Shown here: positions 11,601 through 25,700 of the stretch, piece by piece
Position numbering within the stretch: position 1 is the stretch's first letter
Layout of the letters: every line of letters starts with the position of its first letter
DNA from: Auanema rhodensis
Taxonomy: Eukaryota > Animalia > Nematoda
DNA length: 64,000 bases
Direction: 5' to 3'
Assembly: GCA_964057225.1 (NCBI GenBank)
Contig: OZ059897.1
Coordinates: 620,001 to 684,000 of the forward strand
Notes under the pieces: model-generated
Seen by the model: only the letters and a program-made list of their open reading frames with translations
Told to the model about the DNA's origin: nothing
The model's database searches: none
Position numbers and translations under genes: made by a program

Positions 11601-14600
11601 GCATCGAATGCACTATACTACATTGAGAAACGCTTAATACCAAAATTAGTTATGATCGTTTGAAAAATGATGCATTAGTGTATGTTGAGTTTCCATGTAC
11701 ACTCAAAATTGCTTCCAAAAACATTTTGACAAAAATTTTTTCGAAAAATTTCAAAATAATTTAGCGAAAAGTAGATGTTTTTAGATTCCTTTTTTCAAGG
11801 CAAAAACGATGGACAATGTAATTCAACGAAAAAATTAATTATACAGGGTGAAAATCGAGGATATAAGTGTGAACTTATATCAGTTCATATCTCGGTGCAT
11901 TTTCAAGCTAGCGCAAATCTGATAGTACAGATCGACGCAGCTTAAAAATCCGCATCGAATGCACTATACTACATTGAGGAACGCTTAATACAAAAATTAG
12001 TTATGATCGTTTGAAAAATGATGCATTAGTGTATGTTGAGTTTCCATGTACACTCAAAATTGCTTCCAAAAACATTTTGACAAAAATTTTTTCGAAAAAT
12101 TTCAAAATAATTCAGCGAAAAGTAGATGTTTTTAGATTCCTTTTTTCGAGGCAAAAACGATGGACAATGTTATTCAACGAAAAAATTAATTCTTCAAGGT
12201 GAAAATCGAGGATATAAGTGTGAACTTATATCAGTTGATATCTCGGTGCATTTTTAAGCTAGCGGAAATCTGATAACACAGATCGACGCAGCTTAAAAAT
12301 CCGCATCGAATGCACTATACTACATTAAGAAAAGCTTAATACAAAAATTAGTTATGATCGTTTGAAAAATGATGCATTAGTGTATGTTGAGTTTCCATGT
12401 ACACTCAAAATTGCTTCCAAAAACATTTTGACAAAAATTTTTTCGAAAAATTTCAAAATAATTTAGCGAAAAGTAGATGTTTTTAGATTCCTTTTTTCGA
12501 GGCAAAAACGATGGACAATGTTATTCAACGACAAAATTAATTCTTCAAGGTGAAAATCGAGGATATAAGTGTGAACTTATATCAGTTGATATCTCGGTGC
12601 ATTTTTAAGCTAGCGGAAATCTGATAACACAGATCGACGCAGCTTAAAAATCCGCATCGAATGCACTATACTACATTAAGAAAAGCTTAATACAAAAATT
12701 AGTTATGATCGTTTGAAAAATGATGCATTAGTGTATGTTGAGTTTCCATGTACACTCAACATTGCTTCCAAAAACATTTTGACAAAAATTTTTTCGAAAA
12801 ATTTCAAAATAATTTAGCGAAAAGTAGATGTTTTTAGATTCCTTTTTTCGAGGCAAAAACGATGGACAATGTTATTCAACGAAAAAATTAATTCTTCAGG
12901 GTGAAAATCAAGGATATAGGTGAGAACTTATATCAGTTGATATCTCGCTGCATTTTTCAGCTAGCGCAAATCTGATAACACAGATCGACGCAGCTCAAAA
13001 ATCCGCATCGAATGCACTATACTACATTAAGAAAAGCTTAATACAAAAATTAGTTATGATCGTTTGAAAAATGATGCATTAGTGTATGTTGAGTTTCCAT
13101 GTACACTCAACATTGCTTCCAAAAACATTTTGACAAAAATTTTTTCGAAAAATTTCAAAATAATTTAGCGAAAAGTAGATGTTTTTAGATTCCTTTTTTC
13201 GAGGCAAAAACGATGGACAATGTTATTCAACGAAAAAATTAATTCTTCAGGGTGAAAATCGAGGATATAAGTGTGAACTTATATCAGTTGATATCTCGTT
13301 GCATTTTTAAGCTAGCGGAAATCTGATAACACAGATCGACGCAGCTTAAAAATCCGCATCGAATGCACTATACTACATTGAGAAAAGCTTAATACAAAAA
13401 TTAGTTATGATCGTTTGAAAAATGATGCATTAGTGTATGTTGAGTTTCCATGTACACTCAACATTGCTTCCAAAAACATTTTGACAAAAATTTTTTCGAA
13501 AAATTTCAAAATAATTTAGCGAAAAGTAGATGTTTTTAGATTCCTTTTTTCGAGGCAAAAACGATGGACAATGTTATTCAACGAAAAAATTAATTCTTCA
13601 GGGTGAAAATCAAGGATATAGGTGTGAACTTATATCAGTTGATATCTCGCTGCATTTTTCAGCTAGCGGAAATCTGATAACACAGATCGACGCAGCTTAA
13701 AAATCCGCATCGAATGCACTATACTACATTAAGAAAAGCTTAATACAAAAATTAGTTATGATCGTTTGAAAAATGATGCATTAGTGTATGTTGCGTTTCC
13801 ATGTACACTCAAAATTGCTTCCAAAAACATTTTGACAAAAATTTTTTCGAAAAATTTCAAAATAATTTAGCGAAAAGTAGATGTTTTTAGATTCCTTTTT
13901 TCGAGGCAAAAACGATGGACAATGTTATTCAACGAAAAAATTAATTCTTCAGGGTGAAAATCGAGGATATAAGTGTGAACTTATATCAGTTGATATCTCG
14001 GTGCATTTTTCAGCTAGCGCAAATCTGATAACACAGATCGACGCAGCTTCAAAATCCGCATCGAATGCACTATACTACATTGAGAAACGCTTAATACCAA
14101 AATTAGTTATGATCGTTTGAAAAATGATGCATTAGTGTATGTTGAGTTTCCATGTACACTCAAAATTGCTTCCAAAAACATTTTGACAAAAATTTTTTCG
14201 AAAAATTTCAAAATAATTTAGCGAAAAGTAGATGTTTTTAGATTCCTTTTTTCAAGGCAAAAACGATGAACAATGTAATTCAACGAAAAAATTAATTCTT
14301 CAGGGTGAAAATCGAGGATATAAGTGTGAACTTATATCAGTTCATATCTCGGTGCATTTTTCAGCTAGCGCAAATCTGATAACACAGATCGACGCAGCTT
14401 AAAAATCCGCATCGAATGCACTATACTACATTGAGAAACGCTTAATACCAAAATTAGTTATGATCGTTTGAAAAATGATGCATTAGTGTATGTTGAGTTT
14501 CCATGTACACTCAAAATTGCTTCCAAAAACATTTTGACAAAAATTTTTTCGAAAAATTTCAAAATAATTTAGCGAAAAGTAGATGTTTTTAGATTCCTTT

Positions 14601-17600
14601 TTTCAAGGCAAAAACGATGGACAATGTAATTCAACGAAAAAATTAATTATACAGGGTGAAAATCGAGGATATAAGTGTGAACTTATATCAGTTCATATCT
14701 CGGTGCATTTTCAAGCTAGCGCAAATCTGATAGTACAGATCGACGCAGCTTAAAAATCCGCATCGAATGCACTATACTACATTGAGGAACGCTTAATACA
14801 AAAATTAGTTATGATCGTTTGAAAAATGATGCATTAGTGTATGTTGAGTTTCCATGTACACTCAAAATTGCTTCCAAAAACATTTTGACAAAAATTTTTT
14901 CGAAAAATTTCAAAATAATTCAGCGAAAAGTAGATGTTTTTAGATTCCTTTTTTCGAGGCAAAAACGATGGACAATGTTATTCAACGAAAAAATTAATTC
15001 TTCAAGGTGAAAATCGAGGATATAAGTGTGAACTTATATCAGTTGATATCTCGGTGCATTTTTAAGCTAGCGGAAATCTGATAACACAGATCGACGCAGC
15101 TTAAAAATCCGCATCGAATGCACTATACTACATTAAGAAAAGCTTAATACAAAAATTAGTTATGATCGTTTGAAAAATGATGCATTAGTGTATGTTGAGT
15201 TTCCATGTACACTCAAAATTGCTTCCAAAAACATTTTGACAAAAATTTTTTCGAAAAATTTCAAAATAATTTAGCGAAAAGTAGATGTTTTTAGATTCCT
15301 TTTTTCGAGGCAAAAACGATGGACAATGTTATTCAACGACAAAATTAATTCTTCAAGGTGAAAATCGAGGATATAAGTGTGAACTTATATCAGTTGATAT
15401 CTCGGTGCATTTTTAAGCTAGCGGAAATCTGATAACACAGATCGACGCAGCTTAAAAATCCGCATCGAATGCACTATACTACATTAAGAAAAGCTTAATA
15501 CAAAAATTAGTTATGATCGTTTGAAAAATGATGCATTAGTGTATGTTGAGTTTCCATGTACACTCAAAATTGCTTCCAAAAACATTTTGACAAAAATTTT
15601 TTCGAAAAATTTCAAAATAATTCAGCGAAAAGTAGATGTTTTTAGATTCCTTTTTTCAAGGCAAAAACGATGGACAATGTTATTCAACGAAAAAATTAAT
15701 TCTTCAGGGTGAAAATCGAGGATATAAGTGTGAACTTATATCAGTTGATATCTCGGTGCATTTTTCAGCTAGCGCAAATCTGATAACACAGATCGACGCA
15801 GCTTCAAAATCCGCATCGAATGCACTATACTACATTGAGAAACGCTTAATACCAAAATTAATATGATCGTTTGAAAAATGATGCATTAGTGTATGTTGAG
15901 TTTCCATGTACACTCAAAATTGCTTCCAAAAACATTTTGACAAAAATTTTTTCGAAAAATTTCAAAATAATTTAGCGAAAAGTAGATGTTTTTAGATCCC
16001 TTTTTTCAAGGCAAAAACGATGGACAATGTAATTCAACGAAAAAATTAATTATACAGGGTGAAAATCGAGGATATAAGTGTGAACTTATATCAGTTCATA
16101 TCTCGGTGCATTTTCAAGCTAGCGCAAATCTGATAGTACAGATCGACGCAGCTTAAAAATCCGCATCGAATGCACTATACTACATTGAGAAACGCTTAAT
16201 ACAAAAATTAGTTATGATCGTTTGAAAAATGATGCATTAGTGTATGTTGAGTTTCCATGTACACTCAAAATTGCTTCCAAAAACATTTTGACAAAAATTT
16301 TTTCGAAAAATTTCAAAATAATTTAGCGAAAAGTAGATGTTTTTAGATTCCTTTTTTCGAGGCAAAAACGATGGACAATGTTATTCAACGACAAAATTAA
16401 TTCTTCAAGGTGAAAATCGAGGATATAAGTGTGAACTTATATCAGTTGATATCTCGGTGCATTTTTAAGCTAGCGGAAATCTGATAACACAGATCGACGC
16501 AGCTTAAAAATCCGCATCGAATGCACTATACTACATTAAGAAAAGCTTAATACAAAAATTAGTTATGATCGTTTGAAAAATGATGCATTAGTGTATGTTG
16601 AGTTTCCATGTACACTCAAAATTGCTTCCAAAAACATTTTGACAAAAATTTTTTCGAAAAATTTCAAAATAATTTAGCGAAAAGTAGATGTTTTTAGATT
16701 CCTTTTTTCAAGGCAAAAACGATGGACAATGTTATTCAACGAAAAAATTAATTTTTCAGGGTGAAAATCGAGGATATAGGTGTGAACTTATATCAGTTGA
16801 TATCTCGGTGCATTTTTCAGCTAGCGCAAATCTGATAACACAGATCGACGCAGCTTCAAAATCCGCATCGAATGCACTATACTACATTGAGAAACGCTTA
16901 ATACCAAAATTAATATGATCGTTTGAAAAATGATGCATTAGTGTATGTTGAGTTTCCATGTACACTCAAAATTGCTTCCAAAAACATTTTGACAAAAATT
17001 TTTTCGAAAAATTTCAAAATAATTTAGCGAAAAGTAGATGTTTTTAGATTCCTTTTTTCGAGGCAAAAACGATGGACAATGTTATTCAACGACAAAATTA
17101 ATTCTTCAAGGTGAAAATCGAGGATATAAGTGTGAACTTATATCAGTTGATATCTCGGTGCATTTTTAAGCTAGCGGAAATCTGATAACACAGATCGACG
17201 CAGCTTAAAAATCCGCATCGAATGCACTATACTACATTAAGAAAAGCTTAATACAAAAATTAGTTATGATCGTTTGAAAAATGATGCATTAGTGTATGTT
17301 GAGTTTCCATGTACACTCAAAATTGCTTCCAAAAACATTTTGACAAAAATTTTTTCAAAAAATTTCAAAATAATTTAGCGAAAAGTAGATGTTTTTAGAT
17401 TCCTTTTTTCAAGGCAAAAACGATGGACAATGTTATTCAACGAAAAAATTAATTTTTCAGGGTGAAAATCGAGGATATAAGTGTGAACTTATATCAGTTG
17501 ATATCTCGGTGCATTTTTCAGCTAGCGCAAATCTGATAACACAGATCGACGCAGCTTAAAAATCCGCATCGAATGCACTATACTACATTGAGAAACGCTT

Positions 17601-20600
17601 AATACCAAAATTAGTTATGATCGTTTGAAAAATGATGCATTAGTGCATGTTGAGTTTCCATGTACACTCAAAATTGCTTCCAAAAACATTTTGACAAAAA
17701 TTTTTTCGAAAAATTTCAAAATAATTTAGCGAAAAGTAGATGTTTTTAGATTCCTTTTTTCGAGGCAAAAACGATGGACAATGTTATTCAACGAAAAAAT
17801 TAATTCTTCAGGGTGAAAATCGAGGATATAAGTGTGAACTTATATCAGTTGATATCTCGGTGCATTTTTCAGCTAGCGCAAATCTGATAACACAGATCGA
17901 CGCAGCTTCAAAATCCGCATCGAATGCACTATACTACATTGAGAAACGCTTAATACCAAAATTAGTTATGATCGTTTGAAAAATGATGCATTAGTGTATG
18001 TTGAGTTTCCATGTACACTCAAAATTGCTTCCAAAAACATTTTGACAAAAATTTTTTCAAAAATTTCAAAATAATTTAGCGAAAAATAGATGTTTTTAGA
18101 TTCCTTTTTTCAAGGCAAAAACGATGGACAATGTAATTCAACGAAAAAATTAATTCTTCAGGGTGAAAATCGAGGATATAAGTGTGAACTTATATCAGTT
18201 CATATCTCGGTGCATTTTCAAGCTAGCGCAAATCTGATAACACAGATCGACGCAGCTTCAAAATCCGCATCGAATGCACTATACTACATTGAGAAACGCT
18301 CAATACCAAAATTAGTTATGATCGTTTGAAAAATGATGCATTAGTGTATGTTGAGTTTCCATGTACACTCAAAATTGCTTCCAAAAACATTTTGACAAAA
18401 ATTTTTTCGAAAAATTTCAAAATAATTTAGCGAAAAGTAGATGTTTTTAGATTCCTTTTTTCAAGGCAAAAACGATGGACAATGTTATTCAACGAAAAAA
18501 TTAATTTTTCAGGGTGAAAATCGAGGATATAAGTGTGAACTTATATCAGTTGATATCTCGGTGCATTTTTCAGCTAGCGCAAATCTGATAACACAGATCG
18601 ACGCAGCTTAAAAATCCGCATCGAATGCACTATACTACATTGAGAAACGCTTAATACCAAAATTAGTTATGATCGTTTGAAAAATGATGCATTAGTGCAT
18701 GTTGAGTTTCCATGTACACTCAAAATTGCTTCCAAAAACATTTTGACAAAAATTTTTTCGAAAAATTTCAAAATAATTTAGCGAAAAGTAGATGTTTTTA
18801 GATTCCTTTTTTCGAGGCAAAAACGATGGACAATGTTATTCAACGAAAAAATTAATTCTTCAGGGTGAAAATCGAGGATATAAGTGTGAACTTATATCAG
18901 TTGATATCTCGGTGCATTTTTCAGCTAGCGCAAATCTGATAACACAGATCGACGCAGCTTCAAAATCCGCATCGAATGCACTATACTACATTGAGAAACG
19001 CTTAATACCAAAATTAGTTATGATCGTTTGAAAAATGATGCATTAGTGTATGTTGAGTTTCCATGTACACTCAAAATTGCTTCCAAAAACATTTTGACAA
19101 AAATTTTTTCAAAAATTTCAAAATAATTTAGCGAAAAATAGATGTTTTTAGATTCCTTTTTTCAAGGCAAAAACGATGGACAATGTAATTCAACGAAAAA
19201 ATTAATTCTTCAGGGTGAAAATCGAGGATATAAGTGTGAACTTATATCAGTTCATATCTCGGTGCATTTTCAAGCTAGCGCAAATCTGATAGTACAGATC
19301 GACGCAGCTTAAAAATCCGCATCGAATGCACTATACTACATTGAGAAACGCTTAATACAAAAATTAGTTATGATCGTTTGAAAAATGATGCATTAGTGTA
19401 TGTTGAGTTTCCATGTACACTCAAAATTGCTTCCAAAAACATTTTGACAAAAATTTTTTCAAAAATTTCAAAATAATTTAGCGAAAAATAGATGTTTTTA
19501 GATTCCTTTTTTCAAGGCAAAAACGATGGACAATGTAATTCAACGAAAAAATTAATTCTTCAGGGTGAAAATCGAGGATATAAGTGTGAACTTATATCAG
19601 TTCATATCTCGGTGCATTTTCAAGCTAGCGCAAATCTGATAGTACAGATCGACGCAGCTTAAAAATCCGCATCGAATGCACTATACTACATTGAGAAACG
19701 CTTAATACAAAAATTAGTTATGATCGTTTGAAAAATGATGCATTAGTGTATGTTGAGTTTCCATGTACACTCAAAATTGCTTCCAAAAACATTTTGACAA
19801 AAATTTTTTCGAAAAATTTCAAAATAATTTAGCGAAAAGTAGTTGTTTTTAGATTCCTTTTTTCGAGGCAAAAACGATGGACAATGTTATTCAACGAAAA
19901 AATTAATTCTTCAGGGTGAAAATCGAGGATATAAGTGTGAACTTATATCAGTTGATATCTCGGTGCATTTTTCAGCTAGCGCAAATCTGATAACACAGAT
20001 CGACGCAGCTTCAAAATCCGCATCGAATGCACTATACTACATTGAGAAACGCTCAATACCAAAATTAGTTATGATCGTTTGAAAAATGATGCATTAGTGT
20101 ATGTTGAGTTTCCATGTACACTCAAAATTGCTTCCAAAAACATTTTGACAAAAATTTTTTCGAAAAATTTCAAAATAATTTAGCGAAAAGTAGATGTTTT
20201 TAGATTCCTTTTTTCAAGGCAAAAACGATGGACAATGTAATTCAACGAAAAAAGTAATTCTTCAGGGTGAAAATCGAGGATATAAGTGTGAACTTATATC
20301 AGTTGATATCTCGGTGCATTTTTCAGCTAGCACAAATCTGATAACACAGATCGACGCAGCTTAAAAATCCGCATCGAATGCACTATACTACATTGAGAAA
20401 CGCTTAATACCAAAATTAGTTATGATCGTTTGAAAAATGATGCATTAGTGTATGTTGAGTTTCCATGTACACTCAAAATTGCTTCCAAAAACATTTTGAC
20501 AAAAATTTTTTCGAAAAATTTCAAAATAATTTAGCGAAAAGTAGATGTTTTTAGATTCCTTTTTTCGAGGCAAAAACGATGGACAATGTTATTCAACGAA

Positions 20601-22700
20601 AAAATTAATTCTTCAGGGTGAAAATCGAGGATATAAGTGTGAACTTATATCAGTTGATATCTCGGTGCATTTTTCAGCTAGCGCAAATCTGATAACACAG
20701 ATCGACGCAGCTTCAAAATCCGCATCGAATGCACTATACTACATTGAGAAACGCTCAATACCAAAATTAGTTATGATCGTTTGAAAAATGATGCATTAGT
20801 GTATGTTGAGTTTCCATGTACACTCAAAATTGCTTCCAAAAACATTTTGACAAAAATTTTTTCGAAAAATTTCAAAATAATTTAGCGAAAAGTAGATGTT
20901 TTTAGATTCCTTTTTTCAAGGCAAAAACGATGGACAATGTAATTCAACGAAAAAATTAATTCTTCAGGGTGAAAATCGAGGATATAAGTGTGAACTTATA
21001 TCAGTTCATATCTCGGTGCATTTTCAAGCTAGCGTAAATCTGATAGTACAGATCGACGCAGCTTAAAAATCCGCATCGAATGCACTATACTACATTGAGA
21101 AACGCTTAATACAAAAATTAGTTATGATTGTTTGAAAAATGATGCAATAGTGTATGTTGAGTTTCCATGTACACTCAAAATTGCTTCCAAAAACATTTTG
21201 ACAAAAATTTTTTCGAAAAATTTCAAAATAATTTAGCGAAAAGTAGATGTTTTTAGATTCCTTTTTTCGAGGCAAAAACGATGGACAATGTTATTCAACG
21301 AAAAAATTAATTCTTCAGGGTGAAAATCGAGGATATAAGTGTGAACTTATATCAGTTCATATCTCGGTGCATTTTCAAGCTAGCGCAAATCTGATAGTAC
21401 AGATCGACGCAGCTTAAAAATCCGCATCGAATGCACTATACTACATTGAGAAACGCTTAATACAAAAATTAGTTATGATCGTTTGAAAAATGATGCATTA
21501 GTGTATGTTGAGTTTCCATGTACACTCAAAATTGCTTCCAAAAACATTTTGACAAAAATTTTTTCGAAAAATTTCAAAATAATTTAGCGAAAAGTAGATG
21601 TTTTTAGATTCCTTTTTTCGAGGCAAAAACGATGGACAATGTTATTCAACGAAAAAATTAATTCTTCAGGGTGAAAATCGAGGATATAAGTGTGAACTTA
21701 TATCAGTTGATATCTCGGTGCATTTTTCAGCTAGCGCAAATCTGATAACACAGATCGACGCAGCTTCAAAATCCGCATCGAATGCACTATACTACATTGA
21801 GAAACGCTCAATACCAAAATTAGTTATGATCGTTTGAAAAATGATGCATTAGTGTATGTTGAGTTTCCATGTACACTCAAAATTGCTTCCAAAAACATTT
21901 TGACAAAAATTTTTTCGAAAAATTTCAAAATAATTTAGCGAAAAGTAGATGTTTTTAGATTCCTTTTTTCAAGGCAAAAACGATGGACAATGTAATTCAA
22001 CGAAAAAATTAATTCTTCAGGGTGAAAATCGAGGATATAAGTGTGAACTTATATCAGTTCATATCTCGGTGCATTTTCAAGCTAGCGTAAATCTGATAGT
22101 ACAGATCGACGCAGCTTAAAAATCCGCATCGAATGCACTATACTACATTGAGAAACGCTTAATACAAAAATTAGTTATGATTGTTTGAAAAATGATGCAA
22201 TAGTGTATGTTGAGTTTCCATGTACACTCAAAATTGCTTCCAAAAACATTTTGACAAAAATGTTTTCGAAAAATTTCAAAATAATTTAGCGAAAAGTAGA
22301 TGTTTTTAGATTCCTTTTTTCGAGGCAAAAACGATGGACAATGTTATTCAACGAAAAAATTAATTTTTCAGGGTGAAAATCGAGGATATAGGTGTGAACT
22401 TATATCAGTTGATATCTCGGTGCATTTTTCAGCTAGCGCAAATCTGATAACACAGATCGACGCAGCTTCAAAATCCGCATCGAATGCACTATACTACATT
22501 GAGAAACGCTTAATACCAAAATTAATATGATCGTTTGAAAAATGATGCATTAGTGTATGTTGAGTTTCCATGTACACTCAAAATTGCTTCCAAAAACATT
22601 TTGACAAAAATTTTTTCGAAAAATTTCAAAATAATTTAGCGAAAAGTAGATGTTTTTAGATTCCTTTTTTCGAGGCAAAAACGATGGACAATGTTATTCA
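5700..22700. repeat. Satellite layer B (left flank layer): AGCTTCAAAA and AGTTCATA variants; contains all indels in the window
   Basis: G303C (AGTTCA) runs from 6270 to 22060. A10C (AGCTTCAAAA), which opens the 76-79 aa ORFs, is present from ORF 5808 to ORF 22300. Boundaries are approximate. Confidence 0.8.
9741..15567. repeat. 8-monomer higher-order repeat (2808 bp), about two tandem copies
   Basis: Rare variants lie exactly 2808 apart: GGTGAGAAC 10115/12923; TGAGGAACG 11979/14787; ACGACAAA 12532/15340; GTTGCGTT 8178/10986/13794. ORFs 11073/13881 and 12011/14819 show the same spacing. Confidence 0.92.
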
Positions 22701-25700
22701 ACGAAAAAATTAATTCTTCAGGGTGAAAATCGAGGATATAAGTGTCAACTTATATCAGTTGATATCTCGGTGCATTTTCAAGCTAGCGCAAATCTGATAG
22801 TACAGATCGACGCAGCTTAAAAATCCGCATCGAATGCACTATACTACATTGAGAAACGCTTAATACCAAAATTAGTTATGATCGTTTGAAAAATGATGCA
22901 TTAGTGTATGTTGAGTTTCCATGTACACTCAAAATTGCTTCCAAAAACATTTTGACAAAAATTTTTTCGAAAAATTTCAAAATAATTTAGCGAAAAGTAG
23001 ATGTTTTTAGCTTCCTTTTTTCGAGGCAAAAACGATGGACAATGTTATTCAACGAAAAAATTAATTCTTCAGGGTGAAAATCGAGGATATAAGTGTCAAC
23101 TTATATCAGTTGATATCTCGGTGCATTTTCAAGCTAGCGCAAATCTGATAGTACAGATCGACGCAGCTTAAAAATCCGCATCGAATGCACTATACTACAT
23201 TGAGAAACGCTTAATACAAAAATAAGTTATGATCGTTTGTAAAATGATGCATTAGTGTATGTTGAGTTTCCATGTACACTCAAAATTGCTTCCAAAAACA
23301 TTTTGACAAAAATTTTTTCGAAAAATTTCAAAATAATTTAGCAAAAAGTAGATGTTTTTAGATTCTTTTTTTCAAGGCAAAAACGATGGACAATGTAATT
23401 CAACGAAAAAATTAATTCTTCAGGGTGAAAATCGAGGATATAAGTGTCAACTTATATCAGTTGATATCTCGGTGCATTTTCAAGCTAGCGCAAATCTGAT
23501 AGTACAGATCGACGCAGCTTAAAAATCCGCATCGAATGCACTATACTACATTGAGAAACGCTTAATACCAAAATTAGTTATGATCGTTTGAAAAATGATG
23601 CATTAGTGTATGTTGAGTTTCCATGTACACTCAAAATTGCTTCCAAAAACATTTTGACAAAAATTTTTTCGAAAAATTTCAAAATAATTTAGCGAAAAGT
23701 AGATGTTTTTAGCTTCCTTTTTTCGAGGCAAAAACGATGGACAATGTTATTCAACGAAAAAATTAATTCTTCAGGGTGAAAATCGAGGATATAAGTGTCA
23801 ACTTATATCAGTTGATATCTCGGTGCATTTTCAAGCTAGCGCAAATCTGATAGTACAGATCGACGCAGCTTAAAAATCCGCATCGAATGCACTATACTAC
23901 ATTGAGAAACGCTTAATACAAAAATAAGTTATGATCGTTTGTAAAATGATGCATTAGTGTATGTTGAGTTTCCATGTACACTCAAAATTGCTTCCAAAAA
24001 CATTTTGACAAAAATTTTTTCGAAAAATTTCAAAATAATTTAGCAAAAAGTAGATGTTTTTAGATTCTTTTTTTCAAGGCAAAAACGATGGACAATGTAA
24101 TTCAACGAAAAAATTAATTCTTCAGGGTGAAAATCGAGGATATAAGTGTGAACTTATATCAGTTGATATCTCGGTGCATTTTCAAGCTAGCGCAAATCTG
24201 ATAGTACAGATCGACGCAGCTTAAAAATCCGCATCGAATGCACTATACTACATTGAGAAACGCTTAATACCAAAATTAGTTATGATCGTTTGAAAAATGA
24301 TGCATTAGTGTATGTTGAGTTTCCATGTACACTCAAAATTGCTTCCAAAAACATTTTGACAAAAATTTTTTCGAAAAATTTCAAAATAATTTAGCGAAAA
24401 GTAGATGTTTTTAGATTCCTTTTTTCGAGGCAAAAACGATGGACAATGTTATTCAACGAAAAAATTAATTCTTCAGGGTGAAAATCGAGGATATAAGTGT
24501 CAACTTATATCAGTTGATATCTCGGTGCATTTTCAAGCTAGCGCAAATCTGATAGTACAGATCGACGCAGCTTAAAAATCCGCATCGAATGCACTATACT
24601 ACATTGAGAAACGCTTAATACCAAAATTAGTTATGATCGTTTGAAAAATGATGCATTAGTGTATGTTGAGTTTCCATGTACACTCAAAATTGCTTCCAAA
24701 AACATTTTGACAAAAATTTTTTCGAAAAATTTCAAAATAATTTAGCGAAAAGTAGATGTTTTTAGCTTCCTTTTTTCGAGGCAAAAACGATGGACAATGT
24801 TATTCAACGAAAAAATTAATTCTTCAGGGTGAAAATCGAGGATATAAGTGTCAACTTATATCAGTTGATATCTCGGTGCATTTTCAAGCTAGCGCAAATC
24901 TGATAGTACAGATCGACGCAGCTTAAAAATCCGCATCGAATGCACTATACTACATTGAGAAACGCTAAATACAAAAATAAGTTATGATCGTTTGAAAAAT
25001 GATGCATTAGTGTATGTTGAGTTTCCATGTACACTCAAAATTGCTTCCAAAAACATTTTGACAAAAATTTTTTCGAAAAATTTCAAAATAATTTAGCGAA
25101 AAGTAGATGTTTTTAGCTTCCTTTTTTCGAGGCAAAAACGATGGACAATGTTATTCAACGAAAAAATTAATTCTTCAGGGTGAAAATCGAGGATATAAGT
25201 GTCAACTTATATCAGTTGATATCTCGGTGCATTTTCAAGCTAGCGCAAATCTGATAGTACAGATCGACGCAGCTTAAAAATCCGCATCGAATGCACTATA
25301 CTACATTGAGAAACGCTTAATACAAAAATAAGTTATGATCGTTTGTAAAATGATGCATTAGTGTATGTTGAGTTTCCATGTACACTCAAAATTGCTTCCA
25401 AAAACATTTTGACAAAAATTTTTTCGAAAAATTTCAAAATAATTTAGCAAAAAGTAGATGTTTTTAGATTCTTTTTTTCAAGGCAAAAACGATGGACAAT
25501 GTAATTCAACGAAAAAATTAATTCTTCAGGGTGAAAATCGAGGATATAAGTGTCAACTTATATCAGTTGATATCTCGGTGCATTTTCAAGCTAGCGCAAA
25601 TCTGATAGTACAGATCGACGCAGCTTAAAAATCCGCATCGAATGCACTATACTACATTGAGAAACGCTTAATACCAAAATTAGTTATGATCGTTTGAAAA

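Noticed and set aside
12011-15712. 63-aa + strand ORFs (MKNDAL...)
   Set aside because: They are created by a single TAG to CAG change in three monomers and start at TTG; an artefact of the repeat.
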